A DNA stretch of 64,000 bases from a virus. Within the stretch, counting starts at the first letter, position 1, and every line of letters starts with the position of its first letter. The DNA lies in the IMG/VR virus record IMGVR_UViG_3300030333_002409, positions 2,698 through 66,697 of that record; one strand, written 5' to 3'. The position numbers and the translations under genes are program-made. Shown here in pieces: positions 1 through 9,676 of the stretch. The notes under the pieces are model-generated. The model searched no databases. It worked only from the letters and a program-made list of their open reading frames with translations, and was not told where the DNA came from.

Positions 1-3000
1 AACTTCCACGACAGAGGCAACCTTATGTTGCGTAAGTTATATTGGGAACGGAAGAAACGAAACTTAGAAGAAGCAGCCAACCGAAGAGAGGAAATGATTG
101 CTTCTGGTCGTTACGCATATCATGGCGAGTCTCTCTTCCCGAAAGAATCTAGGGGCTTTAGTCATATGTATGACATGGATACGCTCCCATTCATTCCCGA
201 TGGAAACTTTGATTTCAGAACAGAACTACTTATGGATCAGCATATAGGACATAGCCGACTAAAGGCTAGAGCTAAGAATTCATTGATTAGGTTTGCAAAG
301 CAAAATGGATTAGAGCATTGGCTTACTGAAGGAAGAGTTGCCGACCTTTGGATATTAATGAGAGTTAATACAATTAAGAGCGATCACGCTTGGAGAGTTG
401 CAAAGGGGCAAGGAAGATATAGAGAAGTATACGAGAATGCTGAGGGAATGGATAAGAAACGAATTGAACAGATGAGAAGAGAAAGAGATAGGCGAGCTTA
501 TCTAGATGACTTCTGGAGTCTGTTCCGTACTCAACACGATGCCGAGAACTTTGAATCGAGATTGGGAGAGATGTTCCCCAGTGGAGGAATCCCAGCGACT
601 AAGCCCGGCCTTTTCAATCCAGACATATACCGCAAAGAAAAAGCCCGGCTTCTTAAAGATGGTAAACTTGAAGCAAAGGAAATCGAAACCTTAGCTAGAC
701 AAGAAGCTTCAAAGCCTGAGCATAACACCTACATGAAAATCTGGGGTAGATACAACGAGCCGACAAATAATCTAAAAGCTCTTACTATGTCCTTAGTTCC
801 TAACGAACACATCATCTTAGTAGAAGGGGAAGCAGGTGGTGGTATTGATTTGACAGAGCTGGCAGAACTTCCACTGTCAGTACAAGGCAATGACATCTTC
901 GATATTATGAACTATCAGCAGGCTAATGAAGATGTCCGAAAGACTATTGATGAGTTAGTAGCAGAAGGCTTAGAGTTAACTGAAGCTTATGAAAAGACCA
1001 ACCCCGGTCAGACTCTTACATTAGATAAGCTTTCCGATCCCCATAAGCGAGCCGCCTTCGTACTTTCTAAGATGGAGTCTATTTCGAATGGGAAAGAAAC
1101 TGACATTCCTTTGAAGGAAAGATTATGGGAAATCCGAGACGCAGATGCGATGCGAGAAGTACACCGCATCGCTAAGGATAGAGGGGCCTTCACTAATCTT
1201 GATAACTTCAATTTATATGTGTACGCCGATTCCGAAGGGTCTTACAGAACGATTGTTACTAAGGAAGAAATATTAGACCCTGCGATTCCTAGGACCCAGA
1301 GTCCTAAGGCCGGTGGAGAAAGAAGAGCCGGACCTCTCGGTGGGCGAGCCACGAAGGTAAAGGGAAGTCTTTGGAGATTCCGCCTAACGCCAGAAGGTGC
1401 GTTCTTAATGATGAACGGAATTAATAATATCCGGGCTCAGGAAAGATTAGAACTAGCTACTATTATTAATACAACAGTTGGAGAAGAGACCGCTCTTTCA
1501 GAAAAGCTAACTAATCGTCCCTTCTTTAACCAAAGAAACGAAGAGGCTATACTTGCTGACGTTCTTGATGAACTAACTAGAGAGTTCTCTAACGGAGAAG
1601 TTGATGGAGTAAGGAAGGTTACTCATGGTTATCAGGGATATAGAGGACAGCAACTTAAGGTTCTTGATTCAATGAGTTACTTATTCCCAAGTGCTAGAAG
1701 ACGAGCACCCGGCCAAAGGGAACTTCATGTTGAAGCTGACTTACTGCCCTTAAGAAAAGTTCAGAGATTGCTTAATAAGTTAGGGCAAACTGAAGAAGCC
1801 GCTAATATTCAAAAGCTGATTGATAGTGATGTAGAAGCTGCGGTTGCCTTAGGTATACTCTTGAGGTTTGAAGCAGAGGCTAACAAAACCATTAAGAATG
1901 ATATTGAGAGTGGCATTCTTCCCGAAGAGTTAACAAACGAATCTATTACTCCCGAGCATTTAGAAATATTCGTTAATCTTGAGAATACAGAAGCAGCCTA
2001 TGTAAAGGCAGTGGACTTATTGCAGAGGATTAATGCTATCTCTGACCGAGGGGTAAAGGATAACCCGTGGTACTTTAGAGTAAGAAATAGACTAGAGTCT
2101 AATACTCGAATAGAAATCCAAGCGGATAAGACTGATCCTTCTCGGGGTATGGTATCTCTTCAACAGCCGGGTATTGATACTTTAGCTGAAGACTTAGGAG
2201 CTACTACACATGCTGATAGAATAGCAGTTAGAAAGGCAGTTCTTCAGATGGTCCAGCATGACCATGAGTTTGGTATTGCTGAGGGAACAGATTATGCTTG
2301 GCTAACTGAAGTCGATCCATTTGAAATGTCCTCTGACGATGGGTTTAGAACTCATTTCAATGCTCAAAGAGGAGACGCTAGATCAGATCCACATGCTATG
2401 CGGATTGCCGATCAAATTGAATCTTTACGAGAGAATGGAGTCCTGACAGAAGAACAAGCTGATATTGCAAGGCTTGTGATTTCTCAGGCCATCATTAAGA
2501 ATCCTGCAATCATAGAGAACTTACATTTAGCTTCGGATAAAAGTATTGCCGCGTTAGGACAAAAGGGATCGGCACACTTTAAGGAAGGTAAGTATCTAAT
2601 TACCTTTGACGAAACTATCGAATCAACTCCAGATCTTATTGATGTTATCTCCCATGAGTTAGCTCATATCGGTGTAATGAAGTTTATCCGAGAAGGTGGA
2701 ATGGAATGGGCTCAGGCTGAAGCAATTCTTAATACAGCCAGAGGAAAAGAAATGATGTGGGAGTTTGTTAAGACATTCCACGGCGGTCGAATGACTACTG
2801 AAGCTAGGCAATTATATGATAGGTATACCGAAAACCCAGAAGAGTTTATGGTACAGTATACCTCCTACGTAATGCAGAGAGATTCTCTCTACAATACAGG
2901 GGCTTTACGAAAGATAGAAACGAAGTATAGACCAGAGGTGGGAGCTCTTAAGGCAGTCCTTCGTAAAATTGGAGGATTCTATAGTAAGCTTCTCCATGAT

Positions 3001-6000
3001 ATTCAACAGGTCTTTGATCTATACAAAGAAACTGATTCAGTTCTTTATGATCGTATGGAAAGATTGGCTTCGCGAATCCAAGGATTAGCTTTAGATAAGA
3101 GTGCTATAGAAGCTTTAGATCCAACAGTAGAAACGGAAAGGTTCATTCAAATTAAGCCTTTTGTTCATGAAGGAACAACCCACATACTTCGAGGACAAAA
3201 CGATCTCCCGCCGGGAGCAATCTTAAACGATACTAATCCCGCTTACCTTAGAACTCTCTCTGAGAAAAAAGAGGTTACTGATTTAATTCGAAGGGCTAAA
3301 GGAAGAATTGCTCGGCTGAAAGCTCTCGATCCTCGTTCTATTACTGCCGCAGAAACTACAGAACTTAGGGGATTAGAAACTGTCTTAGCAGATTCTATAA
3401 CTAAGAAGGCAGAGTTAGATAGAATTATTTCAGAAGGTGCTTATGGTGTGGATCAGTTCGGATTAACTCGCGAAAAGTTTGAAGGCGGACTTGATCGTAT
3501 TCGTAGGAATGCTGGAGAACAGGATCCTGATACCGGAGAGTGGACCTTCCATGTCCATAAGCTTGATGGGATTGAGGACCAGAAAGTTTATATGTCTTAT
3601 ATCCTGAGGAATACCTCTTTAGAATTAGGAGATAAGATTTCCGAAAACTTAGCCGGGCTTATTAGACATGGCTTTGGCAATGGATGGGGGAAGGATATAC
3701 TTGACCAAGTACAGAGAACTTTACTTTCCGGTACAAAGGCAGGCCATACTTTCTTATCTCCCAACGCATTCTTTGTTCTTCTATCTTCAATGGTTGAAGA
3801 CGGAGGGTTCACCTCTACCAACGTCTATCATAATAAGATGGGAGTTAAATCCTTAGCAAGTGTTAGAGTCCAAATGGATAGAATTCGATCTCGTATTAAG
3901 ACAGAAGGTGAAATGATTTGGGCAGAGTTTGGAGACAATGCCCCTCGTGTTTTAAAAGCAGCGAACCTAATGTCCAGAGGTCTTTGGGAGACTAACCAAA
4001 TACCCGGTATGTCTGAAGCTGAGATTCAAGCAGCAAAAGACTATAACGATACTTATCAGTTTGCATTAGATCTTCTTTACCAAAGAGCAAAGGATGTTGG
4101 GCTTGTTTCTCAAGATCCCTCTAGAACTCCTAGTACTCCGGTTGTATATAAGATTAAGAAGGAAGTAAATGTTACTCCCGGACAGCAGAAAACTTTCCTA
4201 GACAAAATGGCTCCGCTTATTGCTGATCAGTTAAGACTTGAAAACTCTGCTAGTAGGTTAGATCATATAACTTTATTCCTGTCAGACATCATACCTAACC
4301 ATCTTAAATTCGTGCCGGGTCGCCCGACCTTTGGATTAGAGTGGGATGCTATGATGGCGAACGATCCTGAGATTGGAAAGTATTTAGAAGACCAAGCTTT
4401 CTTAAATTACGTTAAAGAACAAGATCCAAGTTTAGAAACAGTGGACGCAGAAAGCCTTCTTACAGACGTAACGTTCGAAGAGCATAGACAACGATGGTAT
4501 GGTTCTGAAGATGGAACAATACTGCCCATTGTTGATAACGAGTCAAAGCTTCATCACAGAAAGAGAACTCTTTCCAATATCTTACACAGAGCTAGACATT
4601 CTAATGCTTCGATTGATACTGTATTTGAAAACGCTTCTACAGAAATCAAGCTAAACATTATGCATCGGTATAATGATGCGATTGATTCTCCTTCGGAACT
4701 CGTTCAAGAAAAGATTAACTGGACAAGGTTACATAGAAAGACCTTCGATAGTTACTTAGGATATAAGCCATTCTCTGAAGAATTCCAATCAGATTCCTTA
4801 AGCGATGCTAAGATGCCGATAACATCTCCCCAATCTTGGCATACCGCTACGTTTTATAGTAAAGCTATTTCCTCAGCCTTTGCTCCTTACGATTCAGAAT
4901 TCTATCCATCTGCTGAGCAAATCAATGCAGATGCGGAATTGGCGGGCTTGTTTGAGGTAGACTTATCGAAGATTCTTACTGGGTTTATTACTGGACTTGG
5001 AACCGATGCTTCGCAACGGCAGTTGTTAAAAACACTCACTAAGTCTAATATTTCCTTCCCCGGTTTATTAGACATGATAGGTAACATAGCAGAAAAGAGT
5101 ACTCTCTACGATAACGAAGGTAATCCGATTCAAGGTGGAGAGGGAAGTAATCTTCAAACTTCGTTGGATGTTCAGAGACGAAAGTACAATATTATGACGG
5201 GAATCGGAGTCAACTATGTACAGAGTGGAGACCGTATCATTGATGCCTTAGGAGAGCATGGGCAGGATATGATTCGTTTAGTTTACGGCTCTAATCTTGG
5301 TACGGCTATTACAATGGTCGAGGGCAATATCGTAGCAGCTAACCAATTAATACAAATGCATGAAATTGGAAACTTTGTTACAACTCCTCTTCGCTGGATG
5401 CAGGGACTGTCTAAAGCTAAGAGAATGGAAATGGCTGAGGAGATTGCATATCTTTTAAGCCATACCTCCCGAGACTTAGCAGGCGGAGACGATCCTTATT
5501 TGAATGAGGTTCTTACTGAAGACGAGAAAGCTTCCGGTCTTATGAGTAAGCTTCAAAGAGGACATATGGCTGTTTCTAAATATGCTGACCTCCAAGCCAG
5601 AGTTGCGGCTTCTCTTACTGGACGAAGATTTGTTCTAAGGAAAATTAAGAACGGAAGTCTTGAGGCCCTTATTGAAAAGATTGAGTCTACTCCTCAAGCT
5701 GACATGCCTAAGAGTCAGAATGAGTGGAAAGGCTTCCTTAGAGACATCAAGGGGTTAGGCGTAAGAAATCATCGGATAGTTCTTATGCTGAAGAAAGCTG
5801 ACTTATTGAGCCCAAGAGCATTGAAGGTCTTTAAGAGTCTTCTTACAGAGACCGGAGGATATGATGGGGCTTACTCTTTGATAGATATATCAACCCATAT
5901 TATGGGCGGAGGAACTACAGATGTATCTTCCGATACTGAAGAAATGTTATCAATCTTATCTGGCTTAGATAGATTTGATAAGGAGTTTACTAGCCAGTAC

Positions 6001-7077
6001 TTGATTGATCATAGAGTTATGGATTCGGCTACAGATCCAACAGCGGCAGCTAAGATGATTAACGCGTACAGAAACTTCCCATATTCCTTTGCTATACAGA
6101 GGATGATTAGAGACTCTAGTAATATGTCCATTCATGGATTCCTTGCTAAACAGCTCTACCATCTTATTTGGGATGCTCTCTATATGTCTATTCTTCAGGT
6201 TGCCGCAGGTAGAGATCTCTATGAAATCATAGAAGAGTGGAAAGAACGTCCTATTGGAACAGCGTTAAAATACATTGCTCGTTACCCCGGATTTGGTCCT
6301 TGGGGTGGATTCGCGGCACAGATTATGATTGGTCTTCTACAGACCGCCATCACTGGAAAGAATACTAATCTGGCACAAGTCGTGCCTATTCAGTTAGCCG
6401 CATGGACTTCTGTCTTGCAGAAACTAGCAAGTGGAGATATGTCTAGCAGTGAAGGAATTGGCGAAACCTTCGCTAATCTCTCGCGTCTTATCCCCGGATT
6501 TGGTGAAGCACTTCCGAGAGCTGGATACCAGCTTCTCAATAACGCATTACATGGGGATATCATGGGATCGAAAACTAGACCCGGACGGCCTAGGAGAATC
6601 GCAGGACCGGGAAGAGTTGCTGATCGAATGAGACAGGAGCATAGAGAAGCAGAGCCAAACCCAATGTTCTCGACCCCAGCTTCTAGAGATCTTATGAATA
6701 AGATTAAGAATAAGGGAGCTAGGGATCATTATTGGGACGGATCAGATACAGGTCTTCTCATGGGCATCCTTAACGAAATGTCCCGGAACAACATTAACGC
6801 AGTTCCCCTTATCAATCCAGTGACTGGAGAAGAGGCGGTGAAGGGATTCTTAGGCAAGAACAGAGGTCTAGGTTCTGAGTCTTCAATACCTCAAGAAGAG
6901 ACGCAAGTTCCACAAGAGCCTCAGACAGCTCCTGAGCCATCTCAGGTTCCAAGCACTCCTCAGGCATCCTCCACTTCTGAGACGGCTCCTGAGCCATCTC
7001 AGGCCCGTACAAAGGATCCTGTGGGGACGCTAGGTGGGGAGACTGTTAAGGAGGCTCCACCTGAGATATTCACTTAA
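1..7077 (+). CDS. C-terminal part of a giant internal virion/ejection protein (gp16-position) with a zincin HExxH motif; 5'-truncated by the window
   Basis: Frame +1 is open from base 1 (AAC TTC CAC...) to the stop at 7077. HELAH at 2653-2667 with a downstream NPEEF. Probably the same gene, or the same gene block, as the ORF that runs off the window at 58804-64000. Confidence 0.7.
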   Translation, partial: NFHDRGNLMLRKLYWERKKRNLEEAANRREEMIASGRYAYHGESLFPKESRGFSHMYDMDTLPFIPDGNFDFRTELLMDQHIGHSRLKARAKNSLIRFAKQNGLEHWLTEGRVADLWILMRVNTIKSDHAWRVAKGQGRYREVYENAEGMDKKRIEQMRRERDRRAYLDDFWSLFRTQHDAENFESRLGEMFPSGGIPATKPGLFNPDIYRKEKARLLKDGKLEAKEIETLARQEASKPEHNTYMKIWGRYNEPTNNLKALTMSLVPNEHIILVEGEAGGGIDLTELAELPLSVQGNDIFDIMNYQQANEDVRKTIDELVAEGLELTEAYEKTNPGQTLTLDKLSDPHKRAAFVLSKMESISNGKETDIPLKERLWEIRDADAMREVHRIAKDRGAFTNLDNFNLYVYADSEGSYRTIVTKEEILDPAIPRTQSPKAGGERRAGPLGGRATKVKGSLWRFRLTPEGAFLMMNGINNIRAQERLELATIINTTVGEETALSEKLTNRPFFNQRNEEAILADVLDELTREFSNGEVDGVRKVTHGYQGYRGQQLKVLDSMSYLFPSARRRAPGQRELHVEADLLPLRKVQRLLNKLGQTEEAANIQKLIDSDVEAAVALGILLRFEAEANKTIKNDIESGILPEELTNESITPEHLEIFVNLENTEAAYVKAVDLLQRINAISDRGVKDNPWYFRVRNRLESNTRIEIQADKTDPSRGMVSLQQPGIDTLAEDLGATTHADRIAVRKAVLQMVQHDHEFGIAEGTDYAWLTEVDPFEMSSDDGFRTHFNAQRGDARSDPHAMRIADQIESLRENGVLTEEQADIARLVISQAIIKNPAIIENLHLASDKSIAALGQKGSAHFKEGKYLITFDETIESTPDLIDVISHELAHIGVMKFIREGGMEWAQAEAILNTARGKEMMWEFVKTFHGGRMTTEARQLYDRYTENPEEFMVQYTSYVMQRDSLYNTGALRKIETKYRPEVGALKAVLRKIGGFYSKLLHDIQQVFDLYKETDSVLYDRMERLASRIQGLALDKSAIEALDPTVETERFIQIKPFVHEGTTHILRGQNDLPPGAILNDTNPAYLRTLSEKKEVTDLIRRAKGRIARLKALDPRSITAAETTELRGLETVLADSITKKAELDRIISEGAYGVDQFGLTREKFEGGLDRIRRNAGEQDPDTGEWTFHVHKLDGIEDQKVYMSYILRNTSLELGDKISENLAGLIRHGFGNGWGKDILDQVQRTLLSGTKAGHTFLSPNAFFVLLSSMVEDGGFTSTNVYHNKMGVKSLASVRVQMDRIRSRIKTEGEMIWAEFGDNAPRVLKAANLMSRGLWETNQIPGMSEAEIQAAKDYNDTYQFALDLLYQRAKDVGLVSQDPSRTPSTPVVYKIKKEVNVTPGQQKTFLDKMAPLIADQLRLENSASRLDHITLFLSDIIPNHLKFVPGRPTFGLEWDAMMANDPEIGKYLEDQAFLNYVKEQDPSLETVDAESLLTDVTFEEHRQRWYGSEDGTILPIVDNESKLHHRKRTLSNILHRARHSNASIDTVFENASTEIKLNIMHRYNDAIDSPSELVQEKINWTRLHRKTFDSYLGYKPFSEEFQSDSLSDAKMPITSPQSWHTATFYSKAISSAFAPYDSEFYPSAEQINADAELAGLFEVDLSKILTGFITGLGTDASQRQLLKTLTKSNISFPGLLDMIGNIAEKSTLYDNEGNPIQGGEGSNLQTSLDVQRRKYNIMTGIGVNYVQSGDRIIDALGEHGQDMIRLVYGSNLGTAITMVEGNIVAANQLIQMHEIGNFVTTPLRWMQGLSKAKRMEMAEEIAYLLSHTSRDLAGGDDPYLNEVLTEDEKASGLMSKLQRGHMAVSKYADLQARVAASLTGRRFVLRKIKNGSLEALIEKIESTPQADMPKSQNEWKGFLRDIKGLGVRNHRIVLMLKKADLLSPRALKVFKSLLTETGGYDGAYSLIDISTHIMGGGTTDVSSDTEEMLSILSGLDRFDKEFTSQYLIDHRVMDSATDPTAAAKMINAYRNFPYSFAIQRMIRDSSNMSIHGFLAKQLYHLIWDALYMSILQVAAGRDLYEIIEEWKERPIGTALKYIARYPGFGPWGGFAAQIMIGLLQTAITGKNTNLAQVVPIQLAAWTSVLQKLASGDMSSSEGIGETFANLSRLIPGFGEALPRAGYQLLNNALHGDIMGSKTRPGRPRRIAGPGRVADRMRQEHREAEPNPMFSTPASRDLMNKIKNKGARDHYWDGSDTGLLMGILNEMSRNNINAVPLINPVTGEEAVKGFLGKNRGLGSESSIPQEETQVPQEPQTAPEPSQVPSTPQASSTSETAPEPSQARTKDPVGTLGGETVKEAPPEIFT

Positions 7078-7079
7078 GT

Positions 7080-7096
7080 CCCTTATATCGGGTCTT
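7080..7096 (+). promoter_or_regulatory. Class B phage promoter variant (CCCTTATATCGGGTCTT), in a position like T7 phiOR
   Basis: Matches the motif at 19541, 24099 and 30461; lies right after the last structural gene. Confidence 0.65.
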
Positions 7097-7200
7097 AAGA
7101 TATAACTTAGGTTTAGCTTAGGATTAAAAGTATATTATATTATTATATAAGGTAAGTATACCTAGGTACTTAGGATAACCTAGGTGGTACTTCCTAATGA
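7097..7200. repeat. AT-rich tract with short CTTAGG/CCTAGG repeats, like T7 terminal short-repeat arrays
   Basis: Several cttagg/cctagg units between 7106 and 7184 in non-coding DNA. Confidence 0.5.
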
Positions 7201-7232
7201 ATTCGTCGGTGAACTGAGGGGGATAAGTACCT

Positions 7233-7550
7233 ATGGAATGTGAATACTGTAAAGAACGGGAAGTTAAGAAGCTTCGAGAAGACTTAATAAAATGCCAGAA
7301 GAGCTCAAAATCTAAAGACATGAAGCTGAAGGCACTGAACAAACGAGTATTCATATGTACTCTCGTCGGCGTAGCGATAGCTGCTATCTTCGGGAAGGAA
7401 GCTCTGGATGCTATCACGGAATGGCTGGGGTCTGTCAACAGCTTCCGCTCACAGGTCCTCAGTGACGCTACTGGGGTCTATCCCTCTCCGGGTACTCTTG
7501 GGGTATTTGCCGTCGCTGCATTGGTCTGTCGGCCTCGTAGGAGACGCTGA
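7233..7550 (+). CDS. Small membrane protein: CxxC, coiled coil, TM, and a C-terminal PEP-CTERM-like sorting signal
   Basis: MECEYC at the start; TM VFICTLVGVAIAAIFG; C-terminus VYPSPGTLGVFAVAALVCRPRRRR. Confidence 0.7.
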   Translation: MECEYCKEREVKKLREDLIKCQKSSKSKDMKLKALNKRVFICTLVGVAIAAIFGKEALDAITEWLGSVNSFRSQVLSDATGVYPSPGTLGVFAVAALVCRPRRRR

Positions 7551-7647
7551 GGAAATCGGTAGGGGGTCGCGAATCTCTAGAGGGGGTGGGTAGAATAAAA
7601 GTTTTCGAATCCCCCACGTACCCCCTCTATCAAAAGGATTTTTTAAG

Positions 7648-8010
7648 ATGGACATCAAGTCACACCGTATTGCTGGACGTAGCGCTCACGATCTGTTCTA
7701 CTACACTTCCGTGGTTATTGAAACAGACACGGCTCGCTGTCCTTGGGTTTTCTCTAGGGAAGATGACTCCCACGCCATCTACCAGATGGATCCAGAGACC
7801 GTCGTAACAAAACGGAAGATTGATTGCACCTCACGGCTTAACGGTAAGTCCTACTGTTATTCCTATGTTCATCGTGTGGAACACAGTCCCATCACGGGTG
7901 AACAGATGTACATCGTCCATGAAACATTCGTGTTTCATGATGGTGATACGATACAGGAACACAAAGGCTACGTTAGCTTCACTGAGTGCATGAGTCAGAT
8001 CCCAGTCTGA
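7648..8010 (+). CDS. Hypothetical early protein
   Basis: 120-aa ORF with AAAGGA upstream; first gene of the GC-richer early block. Confidence 0.6.
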   Translation: MDIKSHRIAGRSAHDLFYYTSVVIETDTARCPWVFSREDDSHAIYQMDPETVVTKRKIDCTSRLNGKSYCYSYVHRVEHSPITGEQMYIVHETFVFHDGDTIQEHKGYVSFTECMSQIPV

Positions 8011-8014
8011 CATG

Positions 8015-8091
8015 GCCGAAACCTCATGCCGCCCTAACGGGCGGCATCGTGGTTTGTCGTGGATGAACTCACGGCACTGATGAGGCAGTTC
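8015..8091 (+). ncRNA. Type II hammerhead ribozyme
   Basis: GCC-GAAA (8015-8021); stem III ACC...GGT capped by ATGCCGCCC-TAAC-GGGCGGCAT; cleavage triplet GUU (8052-8054); stem I TGTCGTG/CACGGCA; CTGATGA (8077-8083); GGC closing stem II; loop GAACT pairs with 3' AGTTC (8087-8091) as a pseudoknot. Confidence 0.85.
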
Positions 8092-8112
8092 CCTTAACTA
8101 AGGAGGTTCACT

Positions 8113-8292
8113 ATGAACCTAGAACAAAGAGTAGAAGCTCTCGAACAAAAGCTTGACGCGTTCTTCGCCAACGAGTACCCACGAGTCCGTAACATTGTGG
8201 ACAAACGTGAGGAGGAACGCAAGGAAGAACCCTTGGTCATTCTCGGTCAAGGTGAGTACAGGATGAAGATCTACCCCTCTGACATTAAATGA
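8113..8292 (+). CDS. Hypothetical early protein (59 aa, MNLEQRVEALEQKLD...)
   Basis: Strong SD TAAGGAGGT; coiled-coil-like N-terminus; below the ORF-track cutoff and translated by hand. Confidence 0.75.
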   Translation: MNLEQRVEALEQKLDAFFANEYPRVRNIVDKREEERKEEPLVILGQGEYRMKIYPSDIK

Positions 8293-8344
8293 TGGTAGTC
8301 CCATCAAGCTATGAGCACCAGCTTAAAGGGCTTAGGAGTTTGAT

Positions 8345-8569
8345 ATGGAGAAAACCCGTATCCACTTCTGCGTCTCGTGCGGCCCTGTCGATGACGAGCT
8401 CTACCAAGAGTACGTCATGGCAGGCGAGCTCATCGAGTACCAGCATGGAGATAGTGACACCGGTCACCGTCTTCAGGCTGAGCTCGATGGGCGGTACGAG
8501 GTCGTAAAGATTCAGTGCCGTCAGTGTGCCTACCTAGAGGCGCACGGGTCTGATCATTACGACTCGTAG
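8345..8569 (+). CDS. Hypothetical Zn-ribbon-like protein (two CxxC)
   Basis: SD AGGAG; CVSC...CRQC. Confidence 0.65.
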   Translation: MEKTRIHFCVSCGPVDDELYQEYVMAGELIEYQHGDSDTGHRLQAELDGRYEVVKIQCRQCAYLEAHGSDHYDS

Positions 8570-8859
8570 CCTAACGAGACGCTACAACGTCCCTCTGACG
8601 AGCCTTCGCGGTCGAGAGGGGCCTCATACCTATGCATTCCACGGAGTGCATACGTATGAGGCTTGTTGTCTCTATACCCTACGACTACAGCCACGGAGCC
8701 AAGGAAAGGCTACCGGCTAGTAGTGTGTGCAAGAGCGGAGAAGGATCTCGCTCCGAGACCATACACACGGTTAGGAGCCTCTACTCTGGACAGGCGGACT
8801 TGAGGATGGGCGGTCCGCTTTGTCTTTCTTTTCCTGTTCCCATCGAATGGAGTTTCCTC

Positions 8860-9054
8860 ATGCCTAAGTACAATATCCAGATTCAAGTCGCCGGTCACAT
8901 CATCCTCGATGTGGTCGAGGCTCAGGATCCGCCTCATGCTGTCCGTATCCTCAACGAGATGGGCATCCGGGACGGTGAGTACGAGCTGCCATCCTCTGTG
9001 GTGGCTGAGGCTGAGGCTATGGTGCGTGAGTCTAACCGGCTCACTCATGGCTAA
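8860..9054 (+). CDS. Hypothetical early protein (MPKYNIQ...)
   Basis: GGAG before ATG 8860; the upstream part of the ORF-track frame is structured non-coding sequence. Confidence 0.6.
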   Translation: MPKYNIQIQVAGHIILDVVEAQDPPHAVRILNEMGIRDGEYELPSSVVAEAEAMVRESNRLTHG

Positions 9055-9187
9055 TGCCTGAGGGTGTGTACACCTACGGTGGGTAGGTGTACCATCCCCC
9101 ATGCATTGGTTGAAGGTCATATGTTTGACCGCCGGTACATGAGGTCCGTCCCACCGTGGGACACATTCTCTTGAAAGGAGAATTATT

Positions 9188-9676
9188 ATGAAGAAGCAGA
9201 TTATCTCTCAGCGTGGTTTCATCCTCCACAATCGTCGCTCGACGATGGTGACGGTGAACACCAGCGGCAGGTCCAACGGGATCTACACCGTCATCCGGTC
9301 CACGACCGGTACGGTGGAGAAACTGGAGGCTGCGGAGATGGTATCGCTCGTCAACGAACTGACCGCTGAGGGGTTCTCCCTCCGGTTCTGTTTCGGTGTG
9401 CGAGTCGAGGCCCGTGTGCGTCTGACGTTGAGCCATGCAGATGGCTGCGTCACCGCATCGATCAAGGGCGGCATTACGCTGTTCGAAGGTCACACTGGCT
9501 TCGAGATCGACCACTCCACCAGTGGGTCCTGTGCTCAGGAGGTCAAGGATGCTACCTACAGCTGGTTTAACGACCGGTTCGGTGGCAAGCCGCGTCTCCT
9601 GAGTGAGGATGGCGAGGCTCTTGACTTCGGGACCGAGGCTAAGGCTTCGGCTCCGCGTCAGCGTCTCCCATTCTGA
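9188..9676 (+). CDS. Hypothetical early protein
   Basis: SD AAAGGAG; high-GC3 codon pattern. Confidence 0.7.
   Translation: MKKQIISQRGFILHNRRSTMVTVNTSGRSNGIYTVIRSTTGTVEKLEAAEMVSLVNELTAEGFSLRFCFGVRVEARVRLTLSHADGCVTASIKGGITLFEGHTGFEIDHSTSGSCAQEVKDATYSWFNDRFGGKPRLLSEDGEALDFGTEAKASAPRQRLPF

Noticed and set aside
6927-7003. Duplicated GCTCCTGAGCCATCTCAGG
   Set aside because: It encodes a repeated APEPSQ in a low-complexity protein tail.
8591-8620. Second hammerhead-like core CTGACGA
   Set aside because: It is followed by GAGA rather than GAAA, stems I and III are missing, and it is better explained as a simple hairpin.
8632-8859. N-terminal extension of the 140-aa ORF
   Set aside because: It runs through hairpins with no SD; the start at 8860 is better supported.
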